Source: Gammaproteobacteria bacterium
Lineage (GTDB): Bacteria; Pseudomonadota; Gammaproteobacteria; Eutrophobiales; Eutrophobiaceae
Length of the DNA stretch: 64,000 nt
Direction of reading: 5' to 3'
Assembly: GCA_965116495.1 (NCBI GenBank)
Contig: OZ220696.1
Span: 2,720,001-2,784,000, forward strand
Part shown: in pieces, positions 21,142 through 30,188 of the stretch
Position numbering within the stretch: the stretch's first letter is position 1
Layout: every line of letters begins with the position of its first letter
Program-made: the position numbers and the translations under genes
The notes under the pieces: generated by a model
What the model was told of the DNA's origin: nothing
The model's database searches: none
Seen by the model: only the letters and a program-made list of their open reading frames with translations

Positions 21142-21657
21142 GTGATGAAACGCCTGTTTTTCGCCCTCTGGCCCGATAACGCGGTACGCGGCCGGCTCGC
21201 GGAGGCCGCCGAACTGTTGCCGGTGAATACAGGACGCCGTGTGCCCCCGGGCAACTTTCATATCACCCTGGTTTTCCTCGGCAATGTAGAGGGGCAAGTC
21301 GTCCCCGAACTGGCCGCCGCTGCTGAACGCTTGAAGCAACCAGGTTTCTCATTGCTGATCGACCGCTACGGCTGGTGGAAACGGGCGAAAGTTGCCTGGC
21401 TGGCCCCCGCAACCACGCCTGCGCCCCTGATGAATTTAGTCAAGCAGATCAACCTGTTGAGCAGAACAGCAGGGTTGCCGGTCGACAACCGAGACTACAA
21501 CCCCCATTTAACCGTTACACGCAAAGTAACCCGCCCAATAACGGGCCTGACGTTTGAACCGATCCAATGGGATATCAAGGACTTTCACCTGATCGAATCA
21601 GTCACCCATCAACAGGGAGCGAGATACCAGGTTATACGGTCCTGGCCGTTGTCCTGA
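21142..21657 (+). CDS. thpR: RNA 2',3'-cyclic phosphodiesterase (2H family)
   Basis: RLFFALWP and two HxT motifs (HITL, HLTV). Confidence 0.9.
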   Translation: MMKRLFFALWPDNAVRGRLAEAAELLPVNTGRRVPPGNFHITLVFLGNVEGQVVPELAAAAERLKQPGFSLLIDRYGWWKRAKVAWLAPATTPAPLMNLVKQINLLSRTAGLPVDNRDYNPHLTVTRKVTRPITGLTFEPIQWDIKDFHLIESVTHQQGARYQVIRSWPLS

Positions 21658-21746
21658 AAATTTGGGACACCCATAAATTATGGATACCTTGAAACTATGG
21701 GTGTCCCAAATTTTCAATGTTCAATTTGTGGGTGTCCCAAATTTTT
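21656..21746. repeat. REP-like cluster, three copies of family A
   Basis: GAAAATTTGGGACACCCATA followed by two inverted copies of TGGGTGTCCCAAATTTT. Confidence 0.8.
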
Positions 21747-21770
21747 CTGAATTTTATTATAAAAAAAGTC

Positions 21771-21798
21771 TTGAAATTCTGAATTCGTGTTCTAGAAT
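21771..21798 (+). promoter_or_regulatory. Putative sigma70-type promoter of the virB/pil cluster
   Basis: TTGAAA-N16-TAGAAT, preceded by an A/T tract, about 90 bp upstream of virB4. Confidence 0.4.
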
Positions 21799-21886
21799 AG
21801 AATTTATCAGGAAATCGCCGACGATCCGGTAACGCACGGGGCGATTAAAAAAGTCACCTTTACGGACAGCAAAGGGCAAGGATTAG

Positions 21887-24400
21887 ATGAACGGAGAACC
21901 GGTAAACAGCTACCACGGCGCGTTCAAACCCTTCAACGGGTTTGTGCTTTCGTATACAGGCTCCCTGGTTGGCGCCATTGAAATAGATGGCATCGATCCT
22001 GACGGGATGTCGATGAAAGACATGGAGGCTTTCTCCATTGTCATCAGGAACCTGCTGAATTTCCTGCCCCAGTCCATCGTTCTTCAGCAATATTACGTTC
22101 ATTACCGCGATCTGCGGATAACATTTTTACACCGCAACAACCCGGTATGTAACGCGTTAAATCAATACCGGGCTGATCACCTCAACAAGATGCGACTTTC
22201 AGGAGCAAAGTGCGTCCTGTTCGTTGAGATGTATCCCGATAACCAGGGCCAATCCAGTCTGTCATTGTTCATCCACCATTTGCTCCATTATCCGCGCAGC
22301 GCAATATCCAGGGACTACATCAAGCGTTTTATCCTGTTTGGACCGGCGCGTTCTGCTTCAAAAATCGCACTGGAAAAAACGTCGCTCGCCCTGGAAACAT
22401 TGATCCACGACATTATCAATTACTGTAGTGGACTGTTTCAGACCCGACAACTCAATCTCGATGAAACTTACCGGGTAATGAAATTCCTGGCAACGATGGA
22501 GGTGAAATACCTGCACTCCGACCTGCGATGCCCACAAATTATTGATTCCGACCTGACCGATGGACAATTGGCGTCTGTAACGATCAAGGGAATGGATCTA
22601 TTGCGGTTACACAACCTCTATAAAACCTACGTGCGCGTCATGTCGGTAAAGCAATTCAATTTTGACCGTTTCACTCCCGGCCTGTTTGCAAAAGGTGCGA
22701 TCAAGGCGTCCGGCAACTACGTGTTGACTACCCGTTACAAAGGAATGAGTGAGACGTCAAAAACCCTGTTTTTTTTCAATCGCAAAAAAGAACTGGAAAG
22801 GGAGACGATCACGTTCACGGATTTTATCAACGGGCTGGACGGCGGTACGGAAAATGACAGGGATATGAGAGTCTTCCGCCCTTCGCTGATAAGGAAATTT
22901 CAGGAGTTGGATGAAGCGGCGTCCCTGCAGGACGACCTGGGATTAGTAGCTACCCATGCGGTTGTTTTCGATACTGATGTTGACGGGCTGGAGAAGACGA
23001 CAGAACAACTGCAATCCGCCCTGCATCAGAACCAATTCAGTATCCTGTGGGAAACGGTGGCGCAGATAGACGTTTTCTTTGACCTGCAACCTTGCGCCGA
23101 TCATCGCGGCAGGTTTTTGCGGGACATACCACTGAACACATCTCAATTTTCTACACTGTCACTGTTTTATAAATCCGCTCAAGGCACAAAAATTGTGGAC
23201 GACCTCGGGAATGAAGAAGCACAATATATTTTTCTATCTTCTGACAATTCCCCTTATTATTTTTCGCCGTTCAACGGCGGGCGCGGTTTTCTGGTTGGTG
23301 TGGGGCCGGTTCGAAGCGGAAAATCGTTTTTGCGTACCTGCACAGGGATTCACTGGCCCAAATATGGTGGCTTCTACCGGGCAATCGATATCGATCCGGG
23401 TTCCGAGCCTATTGCCCATGCATTTGGTGCTGATGGCGGCATCGTGCGTTTCGACAGGGAGAACGATCGCGGCTTCAATTTCTTTTCACAAGCCGACGGG
23501 CCTGGGGACTTGGCTTTTATTTCACATTTAAATCAACAGCTCATGGCAATGATCGACACTAACGACTCTGAAGATCTGCGCTATCTTTCCGGCCCTGATC
23601 AACTGGCACTGGACAGGGCCGTGAAGCAGGTATTGGGATTACCGCCACACCTGCAAACTTTAACAACCCTGGTAAAACACTGCCCGGGTCCGGTACAAAG
23701 GAAATTAACCCGGTTCGTCGGTACGGGCGCCTATTCCCGACTGTTCGACGCGCAACATGACGCCATAGGAGCCATTGACAAGAAAGTAGCGATTTACAAC
23801 CTGGCGGGTATCAATGACGACGACATCGCAAAACCGCTGGTGATGGCAGAGATAGCCTACAGAGTATTGCGTTTCTATGAAAACCCCGAGTTCCGGTCCT
23901 GTCCGAAATGGCTCGACGTAGATGAATGTCACCACATCCTGGCCAATCCCAGACTGACCAAAACAATGCTGCTGGACAGGGTGCGTACCTGGGGGAAAAT
24001 GCTGGCCGGTATCGGCATGTGGACCCAATCCGGAATAGAACTTGGCAATATCGAAAACTGGGAAGCGCTGCGTAGCGCCGCCTCAACTTTTATATTTACG
24101 GCCGATCCTGAATTAAACAAAGACGCCTACCGATCAATATTCAATTTGAAAGATGGAGAAATGGAAACCATACAGGGGTTGATCCCGAAAAAGGAATTTT
24201 ACCTGATACAGAGGGATTTAAATGTCTCGAAAAAATGCATCCTGTCAGTCGAGCCGGAACAATACGTACTGTCAACGTCCAAACCGGCGGAACAAACGCT
24301 GTATTTCGACAATGTTGAATGTTACGGCTTTGATGCCGGCGTCAGGAAGACCGTGGAAGCGCTTGATAAAGGAGAGGGTCACAATGAAAAGACATTTTGA
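21887..24400 (+). CDS. virB4: VirB4/TrbE family T4SS ATPase
   Basis: 837 aa with N-terminal IEIDGID, Walker A GPVRSGKS, AIDID, Walker B VDECH and MWTQS. Confidence 0.85.
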   Translation: MNGEPVNSYHGAFKPFNGFVLSYTGSLVGAIEIDGIDPDGMSMKDMEAFSIVIRNLLNFLPQSIVLQQYYVHYRDLRITFLHRNNPVCNALNQYRADHLNKMRLSGAKCVLFVEMYPDNQGQSSLSLFIHHLLHYPRSAISRDYIKRFILFGPARSASKIALEKTSLALETLIHDIINYCSGLFQTRQLNLDETYRVMKFLATMEVKYLHSDLRCPQIIDSDLTDGQLASVTIKGMDLLRLHNLYKTYVRVMSVKQFNFDRFTPGLFAKGAIKASGNYVLTTRYKGMSETSKTLFFFNRKKELERETITFTDFINGLDGGTENDRDMRVFRPSLIRKFQELDEAASLQDDLGLVATHAVVFDTDVDGLEKTTEQLQSALHQNQFSILWETVAQIDVFFDLQPCADHRGRFLRDIPLNTSQFSTLSLFYKSAQGTKIVDDLGNEEAQYIFLSSDNSPYYFSPFNGGRGFLVGVGPVRSGKSFLRTCTGIHWPKYGGFYRAIDIDPGSEPIAHAFGADGGIVRFDRENDRGFNFFSQADGPGDLAFISHLNQQLMAMIDTNDSEDLRYLSGPDQLALDRAVKQVLGLPPHLQTLTTLVKHCPGPVQRKLTRFVGTGAYSRLFDAQHDAIGAIDKKVAIYNLAGINDDDIAKPLVMAEIAYRVLRFYENPEFRSCPKWLDVDECHHILANPRLTKTMLLDRVRTWGKMLAGIGMWTQSGIELGNIENWEALRSAASTFIFTADPELNKDAYRSIFNLKDGEMETIQGLIPKKEFYLIQRDLNVSKKCILSVEPEQYVLSTSKPAEQTLYFDNVECYGFDAGVRKTVEALDKGEGHNEKTF

Positions 24401-25280
24401 TCCGTTGGAGTCCGGTTCACGCAGCGCTGACGGATGGCTTATGCGAATCAGTCTGTGGCTGCTTGGCATCTCTCTTATCACCGGGGTTCATGCTGCAGGG
24501 ATCCCAACGGTTGACGTTGGTGTAATAGCACAACAGATCCGCTCCTACCAGCAACAGTTAAGAGACTTTGAAACTCAACTGCAACAGGTGGGCCTCAACA
24601 GCGAACAGTTGACCATGCTCAACAGGCAGTTCAGTCAGACCCTGAAAGAATACGATGACTACCTGCGGCAGGTCAGGGGTTTACATCGGGTAATTTCTCG
24701 AAAAGACTGGAATGGTCTGTTCCAGACACTCAGAAATTATTACGGCACCAGCCCTTATTCCCACATAACAAAGGTCCAGGAGATCGGGAGCGCCGGCCGT
24801 CATGCTATCGACACACAGGTGGGTAAACTTTATACCGTACCGGCACAGGTTGACCAAGTGCGCCGTCAAATCGCAACAGTGGGAGTTGACCCTGAACCCT
24901 GGGTTATACAAGCGCAAAGGCAAAGAGCGCGCTATGAAGCTTACAGGGATCAGTTGGAACTGGCGAAAGACAGCAACCGGGAATTACTGGAACGTTATAG
25001 AAAAATCAGGATCACAAAAAATAATTTCGACCTTGGTGATAAAAGCGACCTGAATGCATTGCAAACGGTGGTAACAAGCAATTTTCATATTATCGATGAA
25101 CTGCAGGCCCTGAATAAAACCCAGAATCAGCGCCTGCTGCATACCAACCATGAGTATGTCCAGGCATTATCAAATGCAGAGGCACAACGACAAGCTGAAG
25201 CAGAACGACTGGAAAAAGTGGTAACCGGTGGAAAACCGTTGCGTTCCTTCCGTTGGAGTGATCTGAATATGACTGAATAG
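24384..25280 (+). CDS. VirB5/TrbJ-like protein
   Basis: Signal peptide ending VHA followed by AGIPTVD, then Gln-rich coiled helices. Lies between virB4 and virB6. Start at 24384 or 24441. Confidence 0.7.
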   Translation: MKRHFDPLESGSRSADGWLMRISLWLLGISLITGVHAAGIPTVDVGVIAQQIRSYQQQLRDFETQLQQVGLNSEQLTMLNRQFSQTLKEYDDYLRQVRGLHRVISRKDWNGLFQTLRNYYGTSPYSHITKVQEIGSAGRHAIDTQVGKLYTVPAQVDQVRRQIATVGVDPEPWVIQAQRQRARYEAYRDQLELAKDSNRELLERYRKIRITKNNFDLGDKSDLNALQTVVTSNFHIIDELQALNKTQNQRLLHTNHEYVQALSNAEAQRQAEAERLEKVVTGGKPLRSFRWSDLNMTE

Positions 25281-25287
25281 GCTTCTT

Positions 25288-25311
25288 GGGGACGGTCTTA
25301 AGTCCGTCCCC
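25288..25311. repeat. REP-like palindrome (family B)
   Basis: GGGGACGGTCTTAAGTCCGTCCCC; a copy with one difference lies at 46249-46272. Confidence 0.8.
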
Positions 25312-25417
25312 GGATGGGGTGGGAATGACGGGCTTATCAAGGGGAGAGACAGGACGCGCAAGAGGCAGGAATGACGGGTAGCCGGGAAAAACAGGATTAT
25401 TTAAGGAGGATTAAAAC

Positions 25418-26404
25418 ATGATGCCACGAGGGTTAACAGCCGCCGCGTTGTTGTCGTTGCTGCCGTTCCGGGTATTGGCGGCTCCGATTGATCCTGCCGG
25501 TTTCCTGGGAGAGTTTTTTAACAAGGCAAGCAGGTTGACCGATCAGCTTATCGGTGTGTCAACTGAATTGTCCCGGTTCTCAGAGCTTGAATGGACCACA
25601 TTCGCTGTATTTGCCCTGGTAATTGTCCTGATCAAGTGGACCACAGGCGCAGCCGCAATAAAAGACGTAATTTTTGTCGTCCTGATGATTCTTATCGCGC
25701 AATCTTTGATGCAATCTTACGATCAGGTCCTGGCTGTCCTCTGGGAAATCACCACCGTTCTGTCTGATGATATCAACCGGAACACCTACCAGGCCTTGAA
25801 CCTGGAAGCAACGGGAATCAAATCAACCGGTGTCTTTCTGCTGGATATGATTAACCACATCATGGAACGTATCACATTTAAACCCGTGCCCGCTAAATCC
25901 GGGCTCTTTTCCATGTTCACCAGTTTCGCCATCAGCATCCGCGATGGGATCTTCATGATCATATTTTTTCTCGTGCTGATTGCTGTTTTCTGCACCTCCT
26001 GGGTCATATCGGTTGTCGGACTGTGGAGCCTGCTACTCGGCAAAGTGTTGGGGCCGATCTTTATTCCATTCCTTATATTCAAACGCGCAAACTCGTATTT
26101 CGACAGTTGGGTGAACTTCATGTTGGGTTCCGTGGCCTATTTCATAGTCGCGCAGATTAACGTCGCATTTACAACCTTGATTATTATCGAGCTGTTTAAT
26201 TCGATCATTATTGCAGGAGAAATATTGACAGTAACTCCGGATGATTTTCTTAAACTGCTCAACTATTCCGGATTGCTGTTCGTGGCGATATTCGCGATGT
26301 TCAGGACCGACCGGGTAGTGAGCGATTTAATCCATGGAGGTGTGAGCGCATCGGGAGCCATCAGCCACGCGGCTTCCATGTTGTCCACAAGGTTGTTGAG
26401 ATGA
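25418..26404 (+). CDS. VirB6/TrbL-like polytopic membrane protein
   Basis: LLLGKVLGPIFIPFLIFKRANSYFDSWVNFMLG is the typical VirB6 motif; several TM helices. Confidence 0.8.
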   Translation: MMPRGLTAAALLSLLPFRVLAAPIDPAGFLGEFFNKASRLTDQLIGVSTELSRFSELEWTTFAVFALVIVLIKWTTGAAAIKDVIFVVLMILIAQSLMQSYDQVLAVLWEITTVLSDDINRNTYQALNLEATGIKSTGVFLLDMINHIMERITFKPVPAKSGLFSMFTSFAISIRDGIFMIIFFLVLIAVFCTSWVISVVGLWSLLLGKVLGPIFIPFLIFKRANSYFDSWVNFMLGSVAYFIVAQINVAFTTLIIIELFNSIIIAGEILTVTPDDFLKLLNYSGLLFVAIFAMFRTDRVVSDLIHGGVSASGAISHAASMLSTRLLR

Positions 26405-26414
26405 GACCAGGGAG

Positions 26415-27149
26415 ATGACGGCAAAGACAATAGGGACCGTACCGGATGGGTTGGTGGAACAACTTAATCCCGACAACATCCCGGGACTGGTGGTTACCAA
26501 CAACAGGCTGTTGGTCAGCAACCTCGTCTTATTGCTGGCGTTTATCTGTGCCGTCAGTTACGGCATTGCAGTGACTTACATGGCAAAGAACAATGAAAAA
26601 CTCATCTATGTCAAACTGGCGCCGGATGGTACCTGGTTTATCGATACCCAATTCGCGCATAAAGACGAAACGGACTTTTTCCCTGCCACTATTGATCACC
26701 TGTTGGGCAGTTATGTAACGCGCCGATTTCGCGAAGACCCAGCGACCATAAGGAATGACTATGGTTTTGCACTGGTGTTGATGGACACGGGATTGGCGAA
26801 GTACTTTAAGTCGCCCTCGGGTTTCGATGCCGCGAGCAAAGCAGCCAGGATCAGAGCTTGCCCAAGCTGCAGTATCAAGGAAGTTGAGGTAAGGAACATT
26901 TACCACTTCGACATAGATCGCCTGGCCGGCGGTAATCCCGATGACACCACTTACAGGACCAACGTTTACATCAATGAGATGCTCCGGTCGACCACGGACA
27001 ACACGATACTGAACACCAGGAGGGCTATTATCACACTGCGCTGGCGCCTCACCTCCAAACCGACACTATCCAAAGAAAGAAAGGTACTTATGGCCAACCC
27101 TATCGGACTGAAAATTATTGAGGAGAAAGTACTCGATGACCCGGCTTAG
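26415..27149 (+). CDS. VirB8/TrbF-like protein
   Basis: Single N-terminal TM, YVTRRF and C-terminal NPIGLKI. Confidence 0.8.
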   Translation: MTAKTIGTVPDGLVEQLNPDNIPGLVVTNNRLLVSNLVLLLAFICAVSYGIAVTYMAKNNEKLIYVKLAPDGTWFIDTQFAHKDETDFFPATIDHLLGSYVTRRFREDPATIRNDYGFALVLMDTGLAKYFKSPSGFDAASKAARIRACPSCSIKEVEVRNIYHFDIDRLAGGNPDDTTYRTNVYINEMLRSTTDNTILNTRRAIITLRWRLTSKPTLSKERKVLMANPIGLKIIEEKVLDDPA

Positions 27150-27960
27150 ATATATTTTTTTACTGACTGTCATCACTATGAACGGCTATGCCGAAGGAGA
27201 GCAATGCCGTCTTATCAATTACGAAAAACATAAATTCGTTCGCATCAAATCCAGGTTGCATCACGGCACCCACATTGAACTGCCGGAGATGTTGATAGCC
27301 AGGCCGGTCACGGGAAACAGGGATTTGTGGGATGTGGAAGGCGAAAACAGACACATCTTCGTCAAACCGAATGACCCAGGGACAAGAGAAGGTGGTAGTA
27401 CGACCATTACCGCCGTCTCCCAAAGTAACCGGTCCTACCATTTCCTGGTGGAACGTTCGGATAACGACTTCGACCTGTGCGTGGTCATTACCCATGACAG
27501 CGGGTTTTTGCCTGAAGGCGCATTCTCAGGTTTTACCCGGCGCAACGGCGAGCAGACAGCATTGTACCAGGAACAACTGGACACGCTTCAGATCCGGTTG
27601 AACGAGGAAGAGCAGGCAACAGCAGAGAAGGTGAATGCCGCGATAGATGAGTACAGGACACAATTGTTTACCGGCTACCGCTGGAAAGGCGGGCGTTCTC
27701 GTTATGGGAAGGATCTGGTAACCGATGTCTACGATGACGGCAGGTTTACCTATATTCGCGTACGGCACAACCTGGATGGCGTCATGTCGCTGTTTGCCGA
27801 CAATAACGGAAAAGAGCAGTTCATCGACTACAAATATGACGAAGACAAACGGGTATACATTGTGACCGGAATTTACAACCGTATCTACATGAAAGCGGAT
27901 GAGAAAACGCAGATCGTCATCACCCGACGCGGGAGTTCCCGAACACAACGGGATTTATAG
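27136..27960 (+). CDS. VirB9/TrbG-like outer-membrane core protein
   Basis: Signal peptide, HIFVKP, RSYHFL and VYDDGRFTYI. Confidence 0.85.
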   Translation: MTRLRYIFLLTVITMNGYAEGEQCRLINYEKHKFVRIKSRLHHGTHIELPEMLIARPVTGNRDLWDVEGENRHIFVKPNDPGTREGGSTTITAVSQSNRSYHFLVERSDNDFDLCVVITHDSGFLPEGAFSGFTRRNGEQTALYQEQLDTLQIRLNEEEQATAEKVNAAIDEYRTQLFTGYRWKGGRSRYGKDLVTDVYDDGRFTYIRVRHNLDGVMSLFADNNGKEQFIDYKYDEDKRVYIVTGIYNRIYMKADEKTQIVITRRGSSRTQRDL

Positions 27961-27963
27961 ACG

Positions 27964-29262
27964 ATGACGACAAATACCAACGATATCAACCAGGTCGAAG
28001 AACAGCCGGCGACCTATAACAAGAATTTCCAGATCATGCTGATTGCAGGGCTGGTGTTTGTCGTTGTAGTCATGGTTTACGCGTCCTTGTTCCAATCCGG
28101 TCCCGGGGACGGGAAAATAGAAGAGCATGTACAGCGGGAAATCAGGAAACAAACGCTATCTGATCCGGAGCAGGAATTCCGCGAACAGATAAAAAGTCAG
28201 GAACAACGCCTGCAAAAACAAAGAGCGCAAGATATCTCGGAGCAACGGGAATATGTCGATGAAATAACCGACGAATTGTTGCAAAACAATGAACAGGTAT
28301 TGCATGAGATGTTGACCGGGACAAAATCACCCGTGGAAGTCTGGAAAGAGTCCGAGACTGTCCGGGTGCGTCAATCAAGACAGGCTGAGTTCAATTTTGA
28401 GATTTTCGGCGGCATGACGGATACACTGCAGCAGCCGACGGACAGGCTGGATGACGGGTTCCTGCAACAGGAGCAGACAATCCTGGCAGAACTGCAACGA
28501 CGCGCTGACCGGCAGCCGAATCTGTCTGTTATATCTACCGATTATGTTCCGGGGGCAGATCCGTTATCGCAGTTGCTGACCCGGGAAGACCAGGCGCCTG
28601 AAACAGCGCGCCATTTTAATCTGGCAGGTTATCCGGAATCTGATCTCAGCCATCCGCCGGGTGATGAATTCAAGCTGTTGTCTATCGGTTCGATCATGCA
28701 GGCAAAGCTGGACCAGAAAGTCATTTCCGATTACGCCGGACCGTATCGGTGCAGGATTGAACAGAACGTTATGGATGTTACGCAGAAACACGTGTTAATC
28801 CCGGCCGGCTCCCTGTGTACGGGTCAAGTGTTGCAGACCGGCTCCGCACATCCCAATCGCATTATCAATAACCGGATGGCTTTGTCCATGCGCTGGATAA
28901 TCAGACCGGACGGCACCAAGATCAAATTTATCAGTCAAGCCCTCGACCACGAGGGTATTGGCGCGCTGAAAGGAGAAACCGACTATCACTTCCTGGCCCG
29001 CTTCAGCGGCGCGGCGGCTTTCGCCTTGTTATCCAGCGAAACTTCCAGGGCGGACTACAGTAGCGGCGGCTCCGGAACGACTTTTGAGTCAGATGTGGGT
29101 CATGCCTTGCGCGACGCCGGTGCTGACCTGACTGCGCCGTATGCCGGCCTGGTCCCGACACAGACTTTGAATTATGGCCAGAAATTACGTCTGTTCGTCT
29201 CTGAGGACATGTATATCTCGCCCTGGAGAGACGTGTATCAACGCTTGCTGAGTCTGAGGTAA
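27964..29262 (+). CDS. VirB10/TrbI-like protein
   Basis: N-terminal TM and coiled linker, then GSIMQAKLDQKVISDYAG, LIPAGS, GIGALKG...DYHF and PTQTLNYG. Confidence 0.85.
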   Translation: MTTNTNDINQVEEQPATYNKNFQIMLIAGLVFVVVVMVYASLFQSGPGDGKIEEHVQREIRKQTLSDPEQEFREQIKSQEQRLQKQRAQDISEQREYVDEITDELLQNNEQVLHEMLTGTKSPVEVWKESETVRVRQSRQAEFNFEIFGGMTDTLQQPTDRLDDGFLQQEQTILAELQRRADRQPNLSVISTDYVPGADPLSQLLTREDQAPETARHFNLAGYPESDLSHPPGDEFKLLSIGSIMQAKLDQKVISDYAGPYRCRIEQNVMDVTQKHVLIPAGSLCTGQVLQTGSAHPNRIINNRMALSMRWIIRPDGTKIKFISQALDHEGIGALKGETDYHFLARFSGAAAFALLSSETSRADYSSGGSGTTFESDVGHALRDAGADLTAPYAGLVPTQTLNYGQKLRLFVSEDMYISPWRDVYQRLLSLR

Positions 29263-30188
29263 TGAGTACTGCAATGAAAAAAGTTGTGCCGCGACGCGCA
29301 ACCATGCCTTTCTGGACGGTTACTTTTGCCTGTTGCCTCCTGGTTTTATTCAGTGGGTGTTCATGGATTCGGACACTGGAAGAAAATATAAGATTTTCAC
29401 TTCAACGTAGTGATTCACTGACAACCGCCTTGCCCACTGTTGAGGTACCGGTACGAATGCTCTTTCCAGACGGGACACATACGGTAGAGGGGGCCATCAG
29501 CTATATGCTGGAACCGCATTCATACCGTCCGGCAATTCGAAATACAGCTGGTGATGTTATCGCTGAACGTACATTCATCAATAATTTCAACAATGATCCT
29601 GTGCCTTTACACGTCGCGATAGAACGTCTGATGGGGCGGGACGGCCAAATCATACTGGACAGGAACAGGAAGCTGTATGCGTTTCGCGCAAGACAACCGG
29701 ATGAGGCAAGTATTGCCTTTTCTGATTTAACTACTACGACCGTCGCGATTACAAGTAATAAATCAGAGAATTACACAGCAACACTTCAGGAACAAGACGG
29801 TGGACTTGTTCATGAGCGTGAAGACAACATGTCGCCTGTTACTGAACAGGTGGCAAAAAACACGGATGATTACTTTTCCGAAAAATCGAACGGTGAAAGA
29901 ATACCCGCTGAAACAGGTGAATTCTGTTTTTCCATTCATTTCAGGAATCAGTCCATGCTATCCGCTTCAGTTCAGGATTATTTCTTACGCTGCGGCTTTG
30001 ACGAGGTGTCCTGGAGTCTCGGTGAACCTGGCAGATATGCAGATTACCGCCTCCTTCAGAGCATCAACCTGCCTTTGCCCGAACGCCAGCAGGACCTGAT
30101 CGAATTCCTGCAATCCCGTTTCGGCATTAAAACCCTAATTCATGATAACAACCGGGTTGAATTCTACGATGAAAATAGTTCATTTTAA
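29262..30188 (+). CDS. PilL-like lipoprotein with a TcpQ-like C-terminal domain (type IVb pilus)
   Basis: Lipobox FSGC. TVEGAISYMLEPHSYR...PLHVAIERLMG resembles PilL, and the C-terminal VSW...DY domain resembles TcpQ. TAATG overlap with virB10. Confidence 0.6.
   Translation: MSTAMKKVVPRRATMPFWTVTFACCLLVLFSGCSWIRTLEENIRFSLQRSDSLTTALPTVEVPVRMLFPDGTHTVEGAISYMLEPHSYRPAIRNTAGDVIAERTFINNFNNDPVPLHVAIERLMGRDGQIILDRNRKLYAFRARQPDEASIAFSDLTTTTVAITSNKSENYTATLQEQDGGLVHEREDNMSPVTEQVAKNTDDYFSEKSNGERIPAETGEFCFSIHFRNQSMLSASVQDYFLRCGFDEVSWSLGEPGRYADYRLLQSINLPLPERQQDLIEFLQSRFGIKTLIHDNNRVEFYDENSSF

Noticed and set aside
21656-21746. Repeated motif as a possible mini CRISPR array
   Set aside because: Copies are in mixed orientation with very short, uneven spacers and no cas genes. 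It fits REP-like repeats.
24222-24383. N-terminal extensions in the ORF track (also 7952-8155, 46129-46281 and 62109-62147)
   Set aside because: They overlap upstream genes. Downstream ATGs with an RBS or family-typical N-termini are better starts.
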